NCBI GenBank assembly: GCA_903824595.1 | Contig: CAIJXH010000007.1 | Span: 5,184-69,183 of the forward strand | Source: an uncultured bacterium | Lineage (GTDB): Bacteria; Patescibacteriota; Minisyncoccia; Phycocordibacterales; UBA2100 | Reading direction: 5' to 3' | DNA length: 64,000 nt | In this document: positions 9,147-18,355 of the stretch, one piece after another | Layout of the letters: the number at the start of each line of letters is the position of its first letter | Position numbering within the stretch: the first letter of the stretch is position 1 | The notes under the pieces: model-generated | The model's input: only the letters and a program-made list of their open reading frames with translations | Databases searched by the model: none | Told to the model about the DNA's origin: nothing | Position numbers and translations under genes: made by a program

Positions 9147-11999
9147 ATGAAGCAGTACGATCACACAAAGATAGAGAAGAAATGGCAAAAAGAGTGGACG
9201 AAAAAAAAGCTGTATAAAACCGCCGACACGGTGAAAGGTAAAAAGAATTTCCACCTGCTCCTCGAGTTCCCCTATCCGTCCGGCAATTTGCACATCGGGC
9301 ACTGGTACGCCTTTGCGGTGCCCGACATTCTGGCGCGCACACTGCGAATGCAGGGAAAGAATGTGCTGTTCCCGTTTGGCTTCGACGCCTTTGGTTTGCC
9401 CGCCGAAAATGCCGCGATCAAGCGCGGACTCAATCCGCGCATTTGGACGTATCAAAACATGGCACACATGAAAAAGCAGATCGAAAGCTGTGGCGCGTCG
9501 CTCGATTGGTCGCGCGAGGTAGTTACCTGTGATCCATCCTACTATCGTTGGACGCAATGGATGTTTACGCAATTTTTCAAAAAAGGACTTGCGTACCAGA
9601 AAGAGACACCTGCCAACTGGTGCCCTTCGTGCAAGACCGTGCTCGCCAACGAGCAGCTCGTGGCAGGGAAGTGCGAGAGATGCGGCACCGAGGTGGAACA
9701 GCGCCAGATGCTTCAGTGGAATCTTGGTATTACGAAATATGCCGACCGCCTTACCGACGACCTCGCTGCCATCGACTGGCCCGAGCAGATCAAAGAAGCG
9801 CAACGCAATTGGATCGGGCGAAGCGAAGGAGCGGAGATTGATTTCAAGCTAACAATGGGCGAGAACATAACCGTCTTCACCACCCGTCCCGACACGCTTT
9901 TTGGTGCGACGTATCTCGTGCTTGCACCAGAACACCCTCTCGTAGCTCAATTCTACACAAGTCAGACTTGTGTAAATAGAGATGAAGTAGAAATGTATGT
10001 CAGACAAGCGAAGAAGAAGACCGATCTGGAACGACAGACGGAGCAAAAAGACAAAACGGGCGTCGAGCTCAAGGGTGTGAAGGCCATCAATCCTGCGACG
10101 GGAAAAGAAATCCCTGTGTGGATTGCCGATTATGTGCTTGGTCACTACGGCACCGGTGCCATTATGGCGGTGCCCGCACATGACGAGCGTGATTTTGCAT
10201 TTGCAAAAAAGTTCGGGTTGCCGATCGTGAATGTAATCGAGCCTCTTTCTGTTGATCTTGAAGGAGTGAGTCGCGCTCGACTCGACATGCCGTTTGTGGA
10301 GCGTCAGACCATTATCGCGTTTGTAAAACATTGGTCAGAAGACTCGTATCTTATTTTGGACTGGAAGCAGGTGGGGTGGCATTCGGGTGTTACGGGGGGA
10401 GTTGAAGATGGTCAAACACCGGAAGAGGCGGCGCGTGCGGAAATACACGAAGAAACAGGGTATCGCAACCTCAAGCTCCTACGAGTGTGCGGAAAAGGGC
10501 ATGAGAAATTTTTCCATGTTCCCAAAAATGTCAATCGATTGACCCACTATCAATGCTTTTTGTTTCAGCTTGAAAACGATGAGCGTGATGTGATTTCCGA
10601 CGATGAAGCACAAAAACATTCAATGCGATGGGTTCCTGCGCATCTTATCGAACATACTCTTACTGCCGCTGCGCAACGTTTTGAGTGGCGCATGCTTCAA
10701 TGTGAAGGTGCATACTGCGGTGATGGCGTACTACATAACTCCGGAGTATTCTCCGGACTCAATACAGAAGAAGCTGGAAAAAAAATGACAATGGCGTTTG
10801 GTCGCCCGAAGAAAACCTACCGCCTGCGCGACTGGGGTGTGTCGCGGCAGCGGTATTGGGGTGTGCCGATTCCGATTATCCATTGCGAAAAGTGCGGTGC
10901 GGTGCCGGTGCCCGACAAGGACTTGCCGGTGAAATTGCCGGAGGTGAAAGATTATTTGCCCACCGGTGATGGCAAATCGCCACTCGCAAAGGTGGAGAAA
11001 TGGGTCAGCGTGAAGTGTCCGCAGTGCAAAGGAAAAGCCAAACGTGAGACAGACACACTCGACACGTTCGTGGATTCTTCGTGGTACTTCTTGCGCTACG
11101 CCGATCCGAAGAACAAAACGAAATTCGCCGATCCAAAAAAGCTTAGTGCATGGATGCCGGTCGATCTCTACTCGGGTGGCGCGGAACACACTACCATGCA
11201 CCTCCTGTATTCGCGCTTCTGGCAAAAGGCGCTCTATGATTTGAAATTGGTCAAAGACAGCGAGCCATACACGCGCCGTATGAACCGCTCCCTCATCCTC
11301 GGACCCGACGGGCAGAAGATGAGCAAATCAAAAGGCAACGTGATCGATCCCGACGATGTGGTGAAGCGTCTCGGAGTCGACACAGTGCGCATGTATCTCG
11401 CCTTCGTGGGTCCGTACAACGAAGTGGCGAGCTATCCGTGGAATCCAGACGGCGTGGTGGGCGTGCGGCGATTTTTGGAGCGCGTGTGGCGTGCCGGGGA
11501 ATTGGTGGGGAAGAAGGAGGTCGCGACACTTGATGGCATCTTGCACAAGACGATCAAGAAAGTGGGCGACGACAACGCCGCGCTCAAATTCAACACCGCC
11601 ATCAGCGCACTCATGATTCTCCTGAATGCGATCGAAAAAGAGAAGGCGATAGGCACGAAACAGTGGGCGATCGTGCTGCGGCTGCTCGCGCCGTTTGCGC
11701 CGCACGTGGCGGAAGAATTGTGGCGCGCGGCAGGCAACAAAAAATCCATCCATCTCGAAACGTGGCCGAAATTTGATCCACAGAAACTCATCGACGAATC
11801 CGTGGTGATCGGCATACAGATCAACGGCAAAACGCGCGGCGAGGTTGCCATTGCCGCTGGCACCAGCAAGGAGGAAACAGAGAAAGCGGCGCGCGCGGCT
11901 ATCGCCGCGCGCCTTGAAGGCAAGCACATTCTCCGCACCATCGTCGTCCACAATCGTCTCGTGAATTTTGTTGTGAAGGAGGAATCGTCCCGCGACTAA
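9147..11999 (+). CDS. leuS: Leucine--tRNA ligase with inserted NUDIX domain
   Basis: FPYPSGNLHIGH, FTTRPDTLFG, GTGAIMAVPAHDERD, KMSKS; NUDIX box GGVEDGQTPEEAARAEIHEETGY. Confidence 0.97.
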   Translation: MKQYDHTKIEKKWQKEWTKKKLYKTADTVKGKKNFHLLLEFPYPSGNLHIGHWYAFAVPDILARTLRMQGKNVLFPFGFDAFGLPAENAAIKRGLNPRIWTYQNMAHMKKQIESCGASLDWSREVVTCDPSYYRWTQWMFTQFFKKGLAYQKETPANWCPSCKTVLANEQLVAGKCERCGTEVEQRQMLQWNLGITKYADRLTDDLAAIDWPEQIKEAQRNWIGRSEGAEIDFKLTMGENITVFTTRPDTLFGATYLVLAPEHPLVAQFYTSQTCVNRDEVEMYVRQAKKKTDLERQTEQKDKTGVELKGVKAINPATGKEIPVWIADYVLGHYGTGAIMAVPAHDERDFAFAKKFGLPIVNVIEPLSVDLEGVSRARLDMPFVERQTIIAFVKHWSEDSYLILDWKQVGWHSGVTGGVEDGQTPEEAARAEIHEETGYRNLKLLRVCGKGHEKFFHVPKNVNRLTHYQCFLFQLENDERDVISDDEAQKHSMRWVPAHLIEHTLTAAAQRFEWRMLQCEGAYCGDGVLHNSGVFSGLNTEEAGKKMTMAFGRPKKTYRLRDWGVSRQRYWGVPIPIIHCEKCGAVPVPDKDLPVKLPEVKDYLPTGDGKSPLAKVEKWVSVKCPQCKGKAKRETDTLDTFVDSSWYFLRYADPKNKTKFADPKKLSAWMPVDLYSGGAEHTTMHLLYSRFWQKALYDLKLVKDSEPYTRRMNRSLILGPDGQKMSKSKGNVIDPDDVVKRLGVDTVRMYLAFVGPYNEVASYPWNPDGVVGVRRFLERVWRAGELVGKKEVATLDGILHKTIKKVGDDNAALKFNTAISALMILLNAIEKEKAIGTKQWAIVLRLLAPFAPHVAEELWRAAGNKKSIHLETWPKFDPQKLIDESVVIGIQINGKTRGEVAIAAGTSKEETEKAARAAIAARLEGKHILRTIVVHNRLVNFVVKEESSRD

Positions 12000-12253
12000 A
12001 ACTTTTTCGTCAAAAAGTTTTGCCTGGGCACCGCCTCGCAGTTTTGCCTACTGACAAAACAGGACTCCGTCGATTCGATTGAAAATGGAATCGAGTCAAG
12101 CGCTCGAAATCGTGCCGCCGCACGATGTCTCCGCCTGACCACGCTCGCGCGACCCGCCGTACTCGACGAGTCCCCGCGCTCGCCGTTCGATTCCCCGTAG
12201 GGACCCGACAACGCCTAAAAGCCCGACACAATGTGTCGGGCTCCAAGGCGTTG
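11981..12253 (-). repeat. Two tandem tRNA-anchored structured units (B1 12087-12202, B2 11981-12080) downstream of tRNA-Glu
   Basis: 18-bp perfect inverted copy of the tRNA 3' end (12185-12202 vs 12257-12274); B2 ends AGTCGCGGGACGATTCC like unit A. Confidence 0.8.
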
Positions 12254-12325
12254 TGACCCTACGGGGAATCGAACCCCGATTTAAGCCTTGAGAAGGCTCC
12301 GTCCTAACCGTTAGACGATAGGGCC
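12254..12325 (-). tRNA. tRNA-Glu (CTC)
   Basis: Minus strand GGCCCTA...TTCTCAA...GGTTCGATTCCCCGTAGGGTCA. Confidence 0.95.
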
Positions 12326-12358
12326 ATTCAAGCAAAATACATCAAAAACATCTTTTGC

Positions 12359-12673
12359 TCAACGTGCCGGCGTGCTTTGCAATTCTTTGAGCTTATCTTG
12401 TGCTTGTTTGATGATGTCTTGAATGTTGCCGAGCGATTCTTGTGCCGCGCCTTTTGTACCCTGTACCTTTGTCACGGTTGCGTGCAAAGTTCCGACTATG
12501 GGTGACAGATAGGTCTGATATGCCCACCACGGCAAGACAACCATACACGCAACGTAGATCAAGAATTTGAATATACCGCCCCAAAACGCATTTCTTCGCA
12601 TCGCGTGGAGCATGCGATTGTTGTCTCTTGCTAAGCGTTCGATTTCGCTGATACGATCAACCCCGTTTTCCAT
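12359..12673 (-). CDS. Small membrane-anchored hypothetical protein
   Basis: L.RDNNRMLHAMRRNAFW followed by one TM helix. Confidence 0.7.
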   Translation of the reverse strand: MENGVDRISEIERLARDNNRMLHAMRRNAFWGGIFKFLIYVACMVVLPWWAYQTYLSPIVGTLHATVTKVQGTKGAAQESLGNIQDIIKQAQDKLKELQSTPAR

Positions 12674-12705
12674 GGCGAGATTATAGCATGCTATAGTTTC
12701 ATCGC

Positions 12706-12777
12706 GCCCTCGTAGCTCAATGGATAGAGCAGTCCCGTCCTAAGGGAACGATGTGGGTTCGATTCCTGCCGAGGGCA
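12706..12777 (+). tRNA. tRNA-Arg (CCT)
   Basis: GCCCTCG/CGAGGGC acceptor stem, TAGCTCAATGGATAGAGC D arm, loop GTCCTAA, GGTTCGATTCC. Confidence 0.95.
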
Positions 12778-12778
12778 C

Positions 12779-14308
12779 CTATAATTCGAACTGGTTCATT
12801 GATGTGTCGCTAGATAATGCATTCTTGAGTCTCTTTTCTGGTATTCTTGACATAAGTGCGAAAAAGGCACCAACGAGCATTACGCAAGAGGCGAGCATGA
12901 AGATCGTGTGGTATGCGGTAATCTGGGCCTTGAGTTCGATAAGCGCGATGAATTGTTGGGTGGCGTTTTGTGTATGTGTGTATAGTTCGCTGTTGTTTAC
13001 TATGGATAATACGTTGGATTCTGTGGTGTTTTTGAGTACGGTGCCAAAAATTGCTATACCGAATGCTCCCGCGATGTTGCGTACGAGCGCCAAGACTGAA
13101 GACGCTACGCCCATCTCGCTTTCTGGGACGAGTGAGGCGATCGCGTTCGTGCGTTGTGCCATGCCGAAACCAAGTCCAAACGACATGATAAAAAGCGGGA
13201 TCATAAGATCGAGAATGCTTGAGCGTACGTCGAGCCACGTGAAGAGCGACATGCCTATCGCGGCAACAATCGTCGAGAAAGCAATCACGTATTGTGTTTC
13301 CACTTTGCCGGTGAGCGCTCCGCCAATTGGTGAAGAAAGCATAAAGCCTGCTGCCATGGGAATGAAGATGAGTCCTGATTGCGTCGCACTGTAGCCAAGA
13401 AAGGTTTGTGCAAAAATAGGCAGGAGAAAAACACTTCCCATCATCCCCATGAATACAATAAAGTTATTCCCCAGTGTGTTGACGAATGGTCCGTGTGTAA
13501 AAAATTTGAGATCAATGATCGGCTCGGGGTGATGTTTCTCGATGCGATAGAACACATAACCAAAACCAAAAATACCGAGATAGCACAATGCGCTCTCGTA
13601 CGAAATCCAACCCCATTCTGTTCCTTTGTCGAGTACCAATACGAGCGATGAGAGTGCGATACCAAGCATGCTCGCACCCCACCAATCGAAGGCATGGGAA
13701 CTTCGTTCGACTTTCGATTCTGGAATGTAGGCGAGCGCCATGAGAAGTCCGATGATGCCGACGGGAAGGTTGACGAGGAATACTGATCTCCAGCCAAATG
13801 TATCGATCAAAGGACCTCCTATCAAAGGACCAAGAACTGCCGAAGCGGCAAAGGCGGATGACCATATTCCAAGTGCTTGCGCGCGCTCTTTGCCCTCGGA
13901 AAATGTGAATGCGATGATCGCCATTGCGGTGGGATAATCGGCAGAACTCGCAATTGCTTGAATGACACGAAATACAATCATGCTTCCAAGATTCCACGCA
14001 AACCCTGCCAAGACAGATCCGAAAATGAAGAGTCCAAACCCTGCAATATAGACGCGCTTTCTGCCTGTTGTGTCGCCAAGCTTTCCCCAGATAGGGACGA
14101 AGACAGCATTTGCGAGAATGTAGGCTGTCGCAATCCATCCAGCGGCGCTTACGGTGATCGAAAAGTCCTCAATGATTTTCGGCAGTGCAAGATTGACGAT
14201 CGTTTGATCGAGACGACCGAGAAACGTTCCGACGATGACGGTAATAAGAATGAGCCAGCGCGAGCTGTCTTTGGGTGCAAGCGAAGCCCCTACTGTTTGA
14301 ATACCCAT
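12779..14308 (-). CDS. DHA2-family MFS efflux transporter (EmrB/QacA)
   Basis: LDQTIVNLALPKI, WGKLGD..GRKR, GPLIGG, WRSVFLVNLPVG; 14-TM pattern. Confidence 0.93.
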   Translation of the reverse strand: MGIQTVGASLAPKDSSRWLILITVIVGTFLGRLDQTIVNLALPKIIEDFSITVSAAGWIATAYILANAVFVPIWGKLGDTTGRKRVYIAGFGLFIFGSVLAGFAWNLGSMIVFRVIQAIASSADYPTAMAIIAFTFSEGKERAQALGIWSSAFAASAVLGPLIGGPLIDTFGWRSVFLVNLPVGIIGLLMALAYIPESKVERSSHAFDWWGASMLGIALSSLVLVLDKGTEWGWISYESALCYLGIFGFGYVFYRIEKHHPEPIIDLKFFTHGPFVNTLGNNFIVFMGMMGSVFLLPIFAQTFLGYSATQSGLIFIPMAAGFMLSSPIGGALTGKVETQYVIAFSTIVAAIGMSLFTWLDVRSSILDLMIPLFIMSFGLGFGMAQRTNAIASLVPESEMGVASSVLALVRNIAGAFGIAIFGTVLKNTTESNVLSIVNNSELYTHTQNATQQFIALIELKAQITAYHTIFMLASCVMLVGAFFALMSRIPEKRLKNALSSDTSMNQFEL

Positions 14309-14919
14309 AGTTTCGCCGACATGCCGTTTTCAAGGTCAGGATGCGCGCGCGTGTCGAATGCGATTTTCACGTCAAAACTTTGTGTCGGGCGTTTGTCGGA
14401 AATCGAAAACACAACATCGCCTGAATGCGACGTGGGCGATATCTCATCAACAACGCCACCGAAAACTTTGCTTCCAAACGCATCAACAGTGAATTTTGCT
14501 TTCTGTCCGATTCGGATTGAAGTGAATCCCTTATCTTCCTCCACTTTTCCAACAACGCGTAATTGAGAAGGGTCGATCGTGGTGACAACGGGTGTGCCAG
14601 GGGCGATAGATGCGCCTGTATCGGTGCGCGCACTAATGACAAGTCCTCCCGTTGTTGACTTGACGAGTTCGACACCAACCTGTGCGACAATCGTATTCGG
14701 TGCGATCATGTCGCCAACGGAAACGTAGGTGTTGCGTAGCACGCCGCCCGCGCTAGAAGCAAGCTCCACCGACGGTGCGGTAATTTGTGCTTTATCGATA
14801 TAGACGGTGCGCGCTGATGCGGCGATGTATGCGGTAGCCGCGATGCCGCCTCCGCATACCATCACGATCGCGCAAGCAATCATAACAAGAGAACGACGTG
14901 TTGGTTGTGCATGAATCAT
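14290..14919 (-). CDS. Short HlyD/EmrA-like adaptor
   Basis: N-terminal TM, lipoyl-like halves, IRIGQKAKFTVDAF..F.G.VDEISP. Confidence 0.8.
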   Translation of the reverse strand: MIHAQPTRRSLVMIACAIVMVCGGGIAATAYIAASARTVYIDKAQITAPSVELASSAGGVLRNTYVSVGDMIAPNTIVAQVGVELVKSTTGGLVISARTDTGASIAPGTPVVTTIDPSQLRVVGKVEEDKGFTSIRIGQKAKFTVDAFGSKVFGGVVDEISPTSHSGDVVFSISDKRPTQSFDVKIAFDTRAHPDLENGMSAKLWVFKQ

Positions 14920-14921
14920 AT

Positions 14922-16310
14922 TTAGTGTGTGATGGGAATGGTAACGTTGGCGTTCATGCCGATGCCGATTGCGGGATCGTCCTGATCGAATTGTAGTGTT
15001 ATTTTGTATGCAGGAACGCCATTTTGCATCGTTGGTGCATGATCAACAATCGTTACGGTGGCAGGGAATACGCGATGTGTTCCGTACGCATCGAGCGTAA
15101 TCATTGAACGTGCTCCAACGGATATTGAGACTGCGTCTTTCGCCGACACGTACGCGTGTACTTGAAGCGCGCTTTTTGGTGATAATGATATTGCCGATGT
15201 ATTTGCCGCGACTATATCACCCACGTTGGCGTGTATGCTGGCGACCGTCCCATCGAATGGTGCGACAATAATCGCCTTTGCGATTTGTGCATTCGCAGCC
15301 GCGACCTGTGCTGCCGCCGCTTCCACGCGTGCCTCTTGCGCCGCGATATCCTGCGTCGTGGCAGGTGCGGTGATTTGATGAAGCGCGGCGGTAGCTGACT
15401 GCACGGCGAGTGTGTCGTTTTTGATGCGCTGCGATTGGTTTTGCGTGACAGAGATGAGTGCTCCAACGAGATCGCGTAGAGCGTTTGCTGATGTGTATGC
15501 GCCCGCGATGGAAACGCTGTTGAAGTTTGTGCTCGGGACTGCGTTGGTGAGTGTCTCCAGTAATTGATTACCGTATGCTCGCAACACGTCGAGGTGTGCG
15601 TTGGCTCGAGTGAGTGCCTCTACACGATCGCTGGATGATGAATCATCGGAGAGTGTTGAGATTTCTTGTTTCCATGTGGCGAGTTCGTTGCCGACAACAA
15701 CACGATTACTCACGAGATCGTTTACGTTTTGTGAATTGCTCGATTGAAATACGAGCGAGGGCGATGCCGAATCTGGATTGGAAAAGAGAGAATCTGAATA
15801 CGTATGTATGGCTCCATATGCTTTGCCGTAACTGTCGCGTGTCACGTCGAGCGCGTTGACGTAGTCATTAGCAAGTGTTTGCGATGCAATGTCACGCGCA
15901 GTCTGTTTTGCATCCACATCCACTTGTCGTGCACCGACGTTCATTGCGTCGAGCGTTGCTTGCTCTGCTTTTTGCGACGCAGCGGCTTGTGCGCGCGATG
16001 CAACAAGCGCGCTTGTGTCTACTGAAGCGAGTAGTTGTCCTTGGGAGATTGGTTGTCCGACAACAACATCGATATGTGTAACGCGACCACTCGTTTCAAA
16101 TGCGAGATCTGGATTTTGCGCTGGCTCTACGATGCCTGTACTCGTTATGTTTTGAAGTATCGTTGTGTCATCGATGTGCGGCGTGTCGCGCGGCGCGCTG
16201 GTTGCCTGATAGTAGTATGCGCCGCTTCCCAGAGCTGTGAAGATGACGAAAGCAAACGATCCGAGGATGATTGGATGCCTAAAGACGTTTTTTTCAAAGA
16301 GAGAGATCAT
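14922..16310 (-). CDS. Efflux periplasmic adaptor (MFP) with long helical hairpin
   Basis: LAFETSGRV..IDVVVGQ, IVAPFDGTV, GMNANVTI. Confidence 0.85.
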   Translation of the reverse strand: MISLFEKNVFRHPIILGSFAFVIFTALGSGAYYYQATSAPRDTPHIDDTTILQNITSTGIVEPAQNPDLAFETSGRVTHIDVVVGQPISQGQLLASVDTSALVASRAQAAASQKAEQATLDAMNVGARQVDVDAKQTARDIASQTLANDYVNALDVTRDSYGKAYGAIHTYSDSLFSNPDSASPSLVFQSSNSQNVNDLVSNRVVVGNELATWKQEISTLSDDSSSSDRVEALTRANAHLDVLRAYGNQLLETLTNAVPSTNFNSVSIAGAYTSANALRDLVGALISVTQNQSQRIKNDTLAVQSATAALHQITAPATTQDIAAQEARVEAAAAQVAAANAQIAKAIIVAPFDGTVASIHANVGDIVAANTSAISLSPKSALQVHAYVSAKDAVSISVGARSMITLDAYGTHRVFPATVTIVDHAPTMQNGVPAYKITLQFDQDDPAIGIGMNANVTIPITH

Positions 16311-16316
16311 ACTGTG

Positions 16317-16730
16317 TTAGCGATTATTGGAAACAATACTGTGTAATATGCGCGTGAATTCGCGACGATCACGTTCGCTCAAATGCGTAAGCATGTCGGT
16401 AAGGATGCGTGAGCGTCGTATGACACTCTTCTCAAACATCTTTGTGCCACGCGCCGTGAGTGCGAGATGTATTTTTCGTCGATCGTGTGCGTGGGATATG
16501 CGCGCGAGAAGGTGTAATGATACCATCTCTGCGATAAGTGCGGTGACCGTGGGGGCCTTCACCTTCAAGTGATGAGCGATATCTTGCATGGCAGGAGAGC
16601 CTGTGTCGTGCACAAAATGTAATACTTCGAGTTGCGGTAGAGTGAGCTTTGTTTCAGTACGCATGCGCGAACGTGCCATGCGTCCAAACTCAAACATAAG
16701 AGACAATATGCTGGGTGTTTGTTTTGTCAT
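16317..16730 (-). CDS. MarR-family transcriptional regulator
   Basis: LTLPQLEVL, HTH, DRRKIHLALTARG. Confidence 0.9.
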   Translation of the reverse strand: MTKQTPSILSLMFEFGRMARSRMRTETKLTLPQLEVLHFVHDTGSPAMQDIAHHLKVKAPTVTALIAEMVSLHLLARISHAHDRRKIHLALTARGTKMFEKSVIRRSRILTDMLTHLSERDRREFTRILHSIVSNNR

Positions 16731-16734
16731 ACGA

Positions 16735-16755
16735 ATAGTTAGATAACCTAATTGT
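16735..16755. promoter_or_regulatory. Putative MarR operator
   Basis: Imperfect palindrome ATAGTTAGATAACCTAATTGT just upstream of the marR start codon. Confidence 0.45.
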
Positions 16756-16836
16756 ATACATACCAAACTACCGTGTCAATGATGGTCGCGCACGTATACT
16801 TGCATTGCTTTGCAAGGTGTGGTATAAAGATTGCCT

Positions 16837-17961
16837 ATGACACACGCACGTTTCCTTGCTTTTTTTGTCACGTTATCATTTGTGTTGACGGGATCTGTAT
16901 CGGCGCAAACGTATACCGCGCTCGGTGGCGGCACTGTTACTCCTTCGTATTGTTCTACGCTAAGCGATCTGTCGTTTGGATCTTCGGACAGTACGTCGGG
17001 AGGTGAAGTGTCGCGCGTGCAGTCTGTTTTGGTTGCGCAACAGTATCCGGGCGGTGGCGCATGGATGATCACGGGTCATTTTGGAGCTGCGACGCGACAA
17101 GCAGTGCTTCTGTATCAAAGACAGCATAATTTGTATGTCACGGGTAGTGTTGATGAAAAAACACGCGCCACGATGGGTTTGTGCACTTCTTCTTTGCAGT
17201 ATGCTCCTGTTTCTCTTCCTACCGCGTATATGTCTACGGTGACGTCGCCTGTGTTTGGTAGTCCTTATGCAAACATTGTTTCGTCAACATGCGGTTTCGG
17301 GAGTTCGTTGTGTGCGACAAACGCTCGTCCAGCTATCACCTATGTAACGCCTCAAATCGGTTCGGTCGGTACAAGTGTTACCATATACGGTTCAGGCTTC
17401 AGTCGCTCAAATAATGCGATCCATTTTGGTCCGGGAGTTATTGCAAGCCTCATGTCTCTGGACGGCACATCGTTGTCGTTCACTGTGCCTGCATCTTTGG
17501 TTGGATATGGGTCTGGGGCGACGGTGCTCGGCACGTATCAAGTATCGGTAAGTGATGCGTCTGGAACGATCAGTAATCAGGTACCGTTCACCGTCGTTGC
17601 GTCTAATAGTACTCCTGTAGCGACAAGTTCGACGCGTGACGAGTCGGATACGTATACCAGCGCACCCGTGATTTCAAGTATTGTTCCTGCTGTGGGACGA
17701 CCTGGCGCGCTCGTGATCATTCAAGGAGCTAACTTCGCTCCATCAGGTAACATTATTCATTTTGGGACGGGTGGCTCGCTCAATGTATCTTCTTCCAACG
17801 ATGGAACTATTATCTATTTCACCATTCCCTATACGACGAGCTCATGCGATGTAGGTGGATCTTCGTGCAATCCTGTATCTGTGTCTGCTGGAGTGTATCC
17901 GGTGTCTGTTGAAACAGGCTCTGGTACGAGCGGTGTTCTCACGCTAACGGTTTCTCGCTAA
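16837..17961 (+). CDS. Surface protein: peptidoglycan-binding domain plus two IPT/TIG domains
   Basis: Signal peptide, EV.RVQ..L...TG.FG.ATR.AV..YQ, and two P.I...P..G..G..V.I.G..F repeats. Confidence 0.8.
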   Translation: MTHARFLAFFVTLSFVLTGSVSAQTYTALGGGTVTPSYCSTLSDLSFGSSDSTSGGEVSRVQSVLVAQQYPGGGAWMITGHFGAATRQAVLLYQRQHNLYVTGSVDEKTRATMGLCTSSLQYAPVSLPTAYMSTVTSPVFGSPYANIVSSTCGFGSSLCATNARPAITYVTPQIGSVGTSVTIYGSGFSRSNNAIHFGPGVIASLMSLDGTSLSFTVPASLVGYGSGATVLGTYQVSVSDASGTISNQVPFTVVASNSTPVATSSTRDESDTYTSAPVISSIVPAVGRPGALVIIQGANFAPSGNIIHFGTGGSLNVSSSNDGTIIYFTIPYTTSSCDVGGSSCNPVSVSAGVYPVSVETGSGTSGVLTLTVSR

Positions 17962-17995
17962 AAGACGAGGCTTGCGGGGATGGTATACTTCCGTC

Positions 17996-18355
17996 ATGGA
18001 AGCGCGCGTACCGCCAATGTATCAACACGAGGATCGTCCGTGGGGGAGTTTTGAAAGATTTACGCTCAATGAGCCAACAACAGTCAAGATAATTACTGTT
18101 CGCGCAGGGGAAGCGACAAGTCTTCAAAAGCACGCGCATCGTCGTGAATTTTGGAGAATCATTGCGGGTGATGGTTTTGTTTTGATAAATGGCGTGCGCG
18201 ATCATGCGCGCGAGGGTGATGAGTTTACGGTGCCACAGGGTACAACACATCGTTTGGAGGGAGGCGTCTCCAACATGGTGTTATTGGAGATCGCGTTCGG
18301 TTATTTTGATGAAAATGATATTGAAAGAATAGAAGATCGTTATCATCGTGTATGA
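17996..18355 (+). CDS. Mannose-6-phosphate isomerase, type II cupin
   Basis: RPWGSF, SLQKHAHRREFW, HRL, DENDIERIED.Y.R. Confidence 0.88.
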   Translation: MEARVPPMYQHEDRPWGSFERFTLNEPTTVKIITVRAGEATSLQKHAHRREFWRIIAGDGFVLINGVRDHAREGDEFTVPQGTTHRLEGGVSNMVLLEIAFGYFDENDIERIEDRYHRV

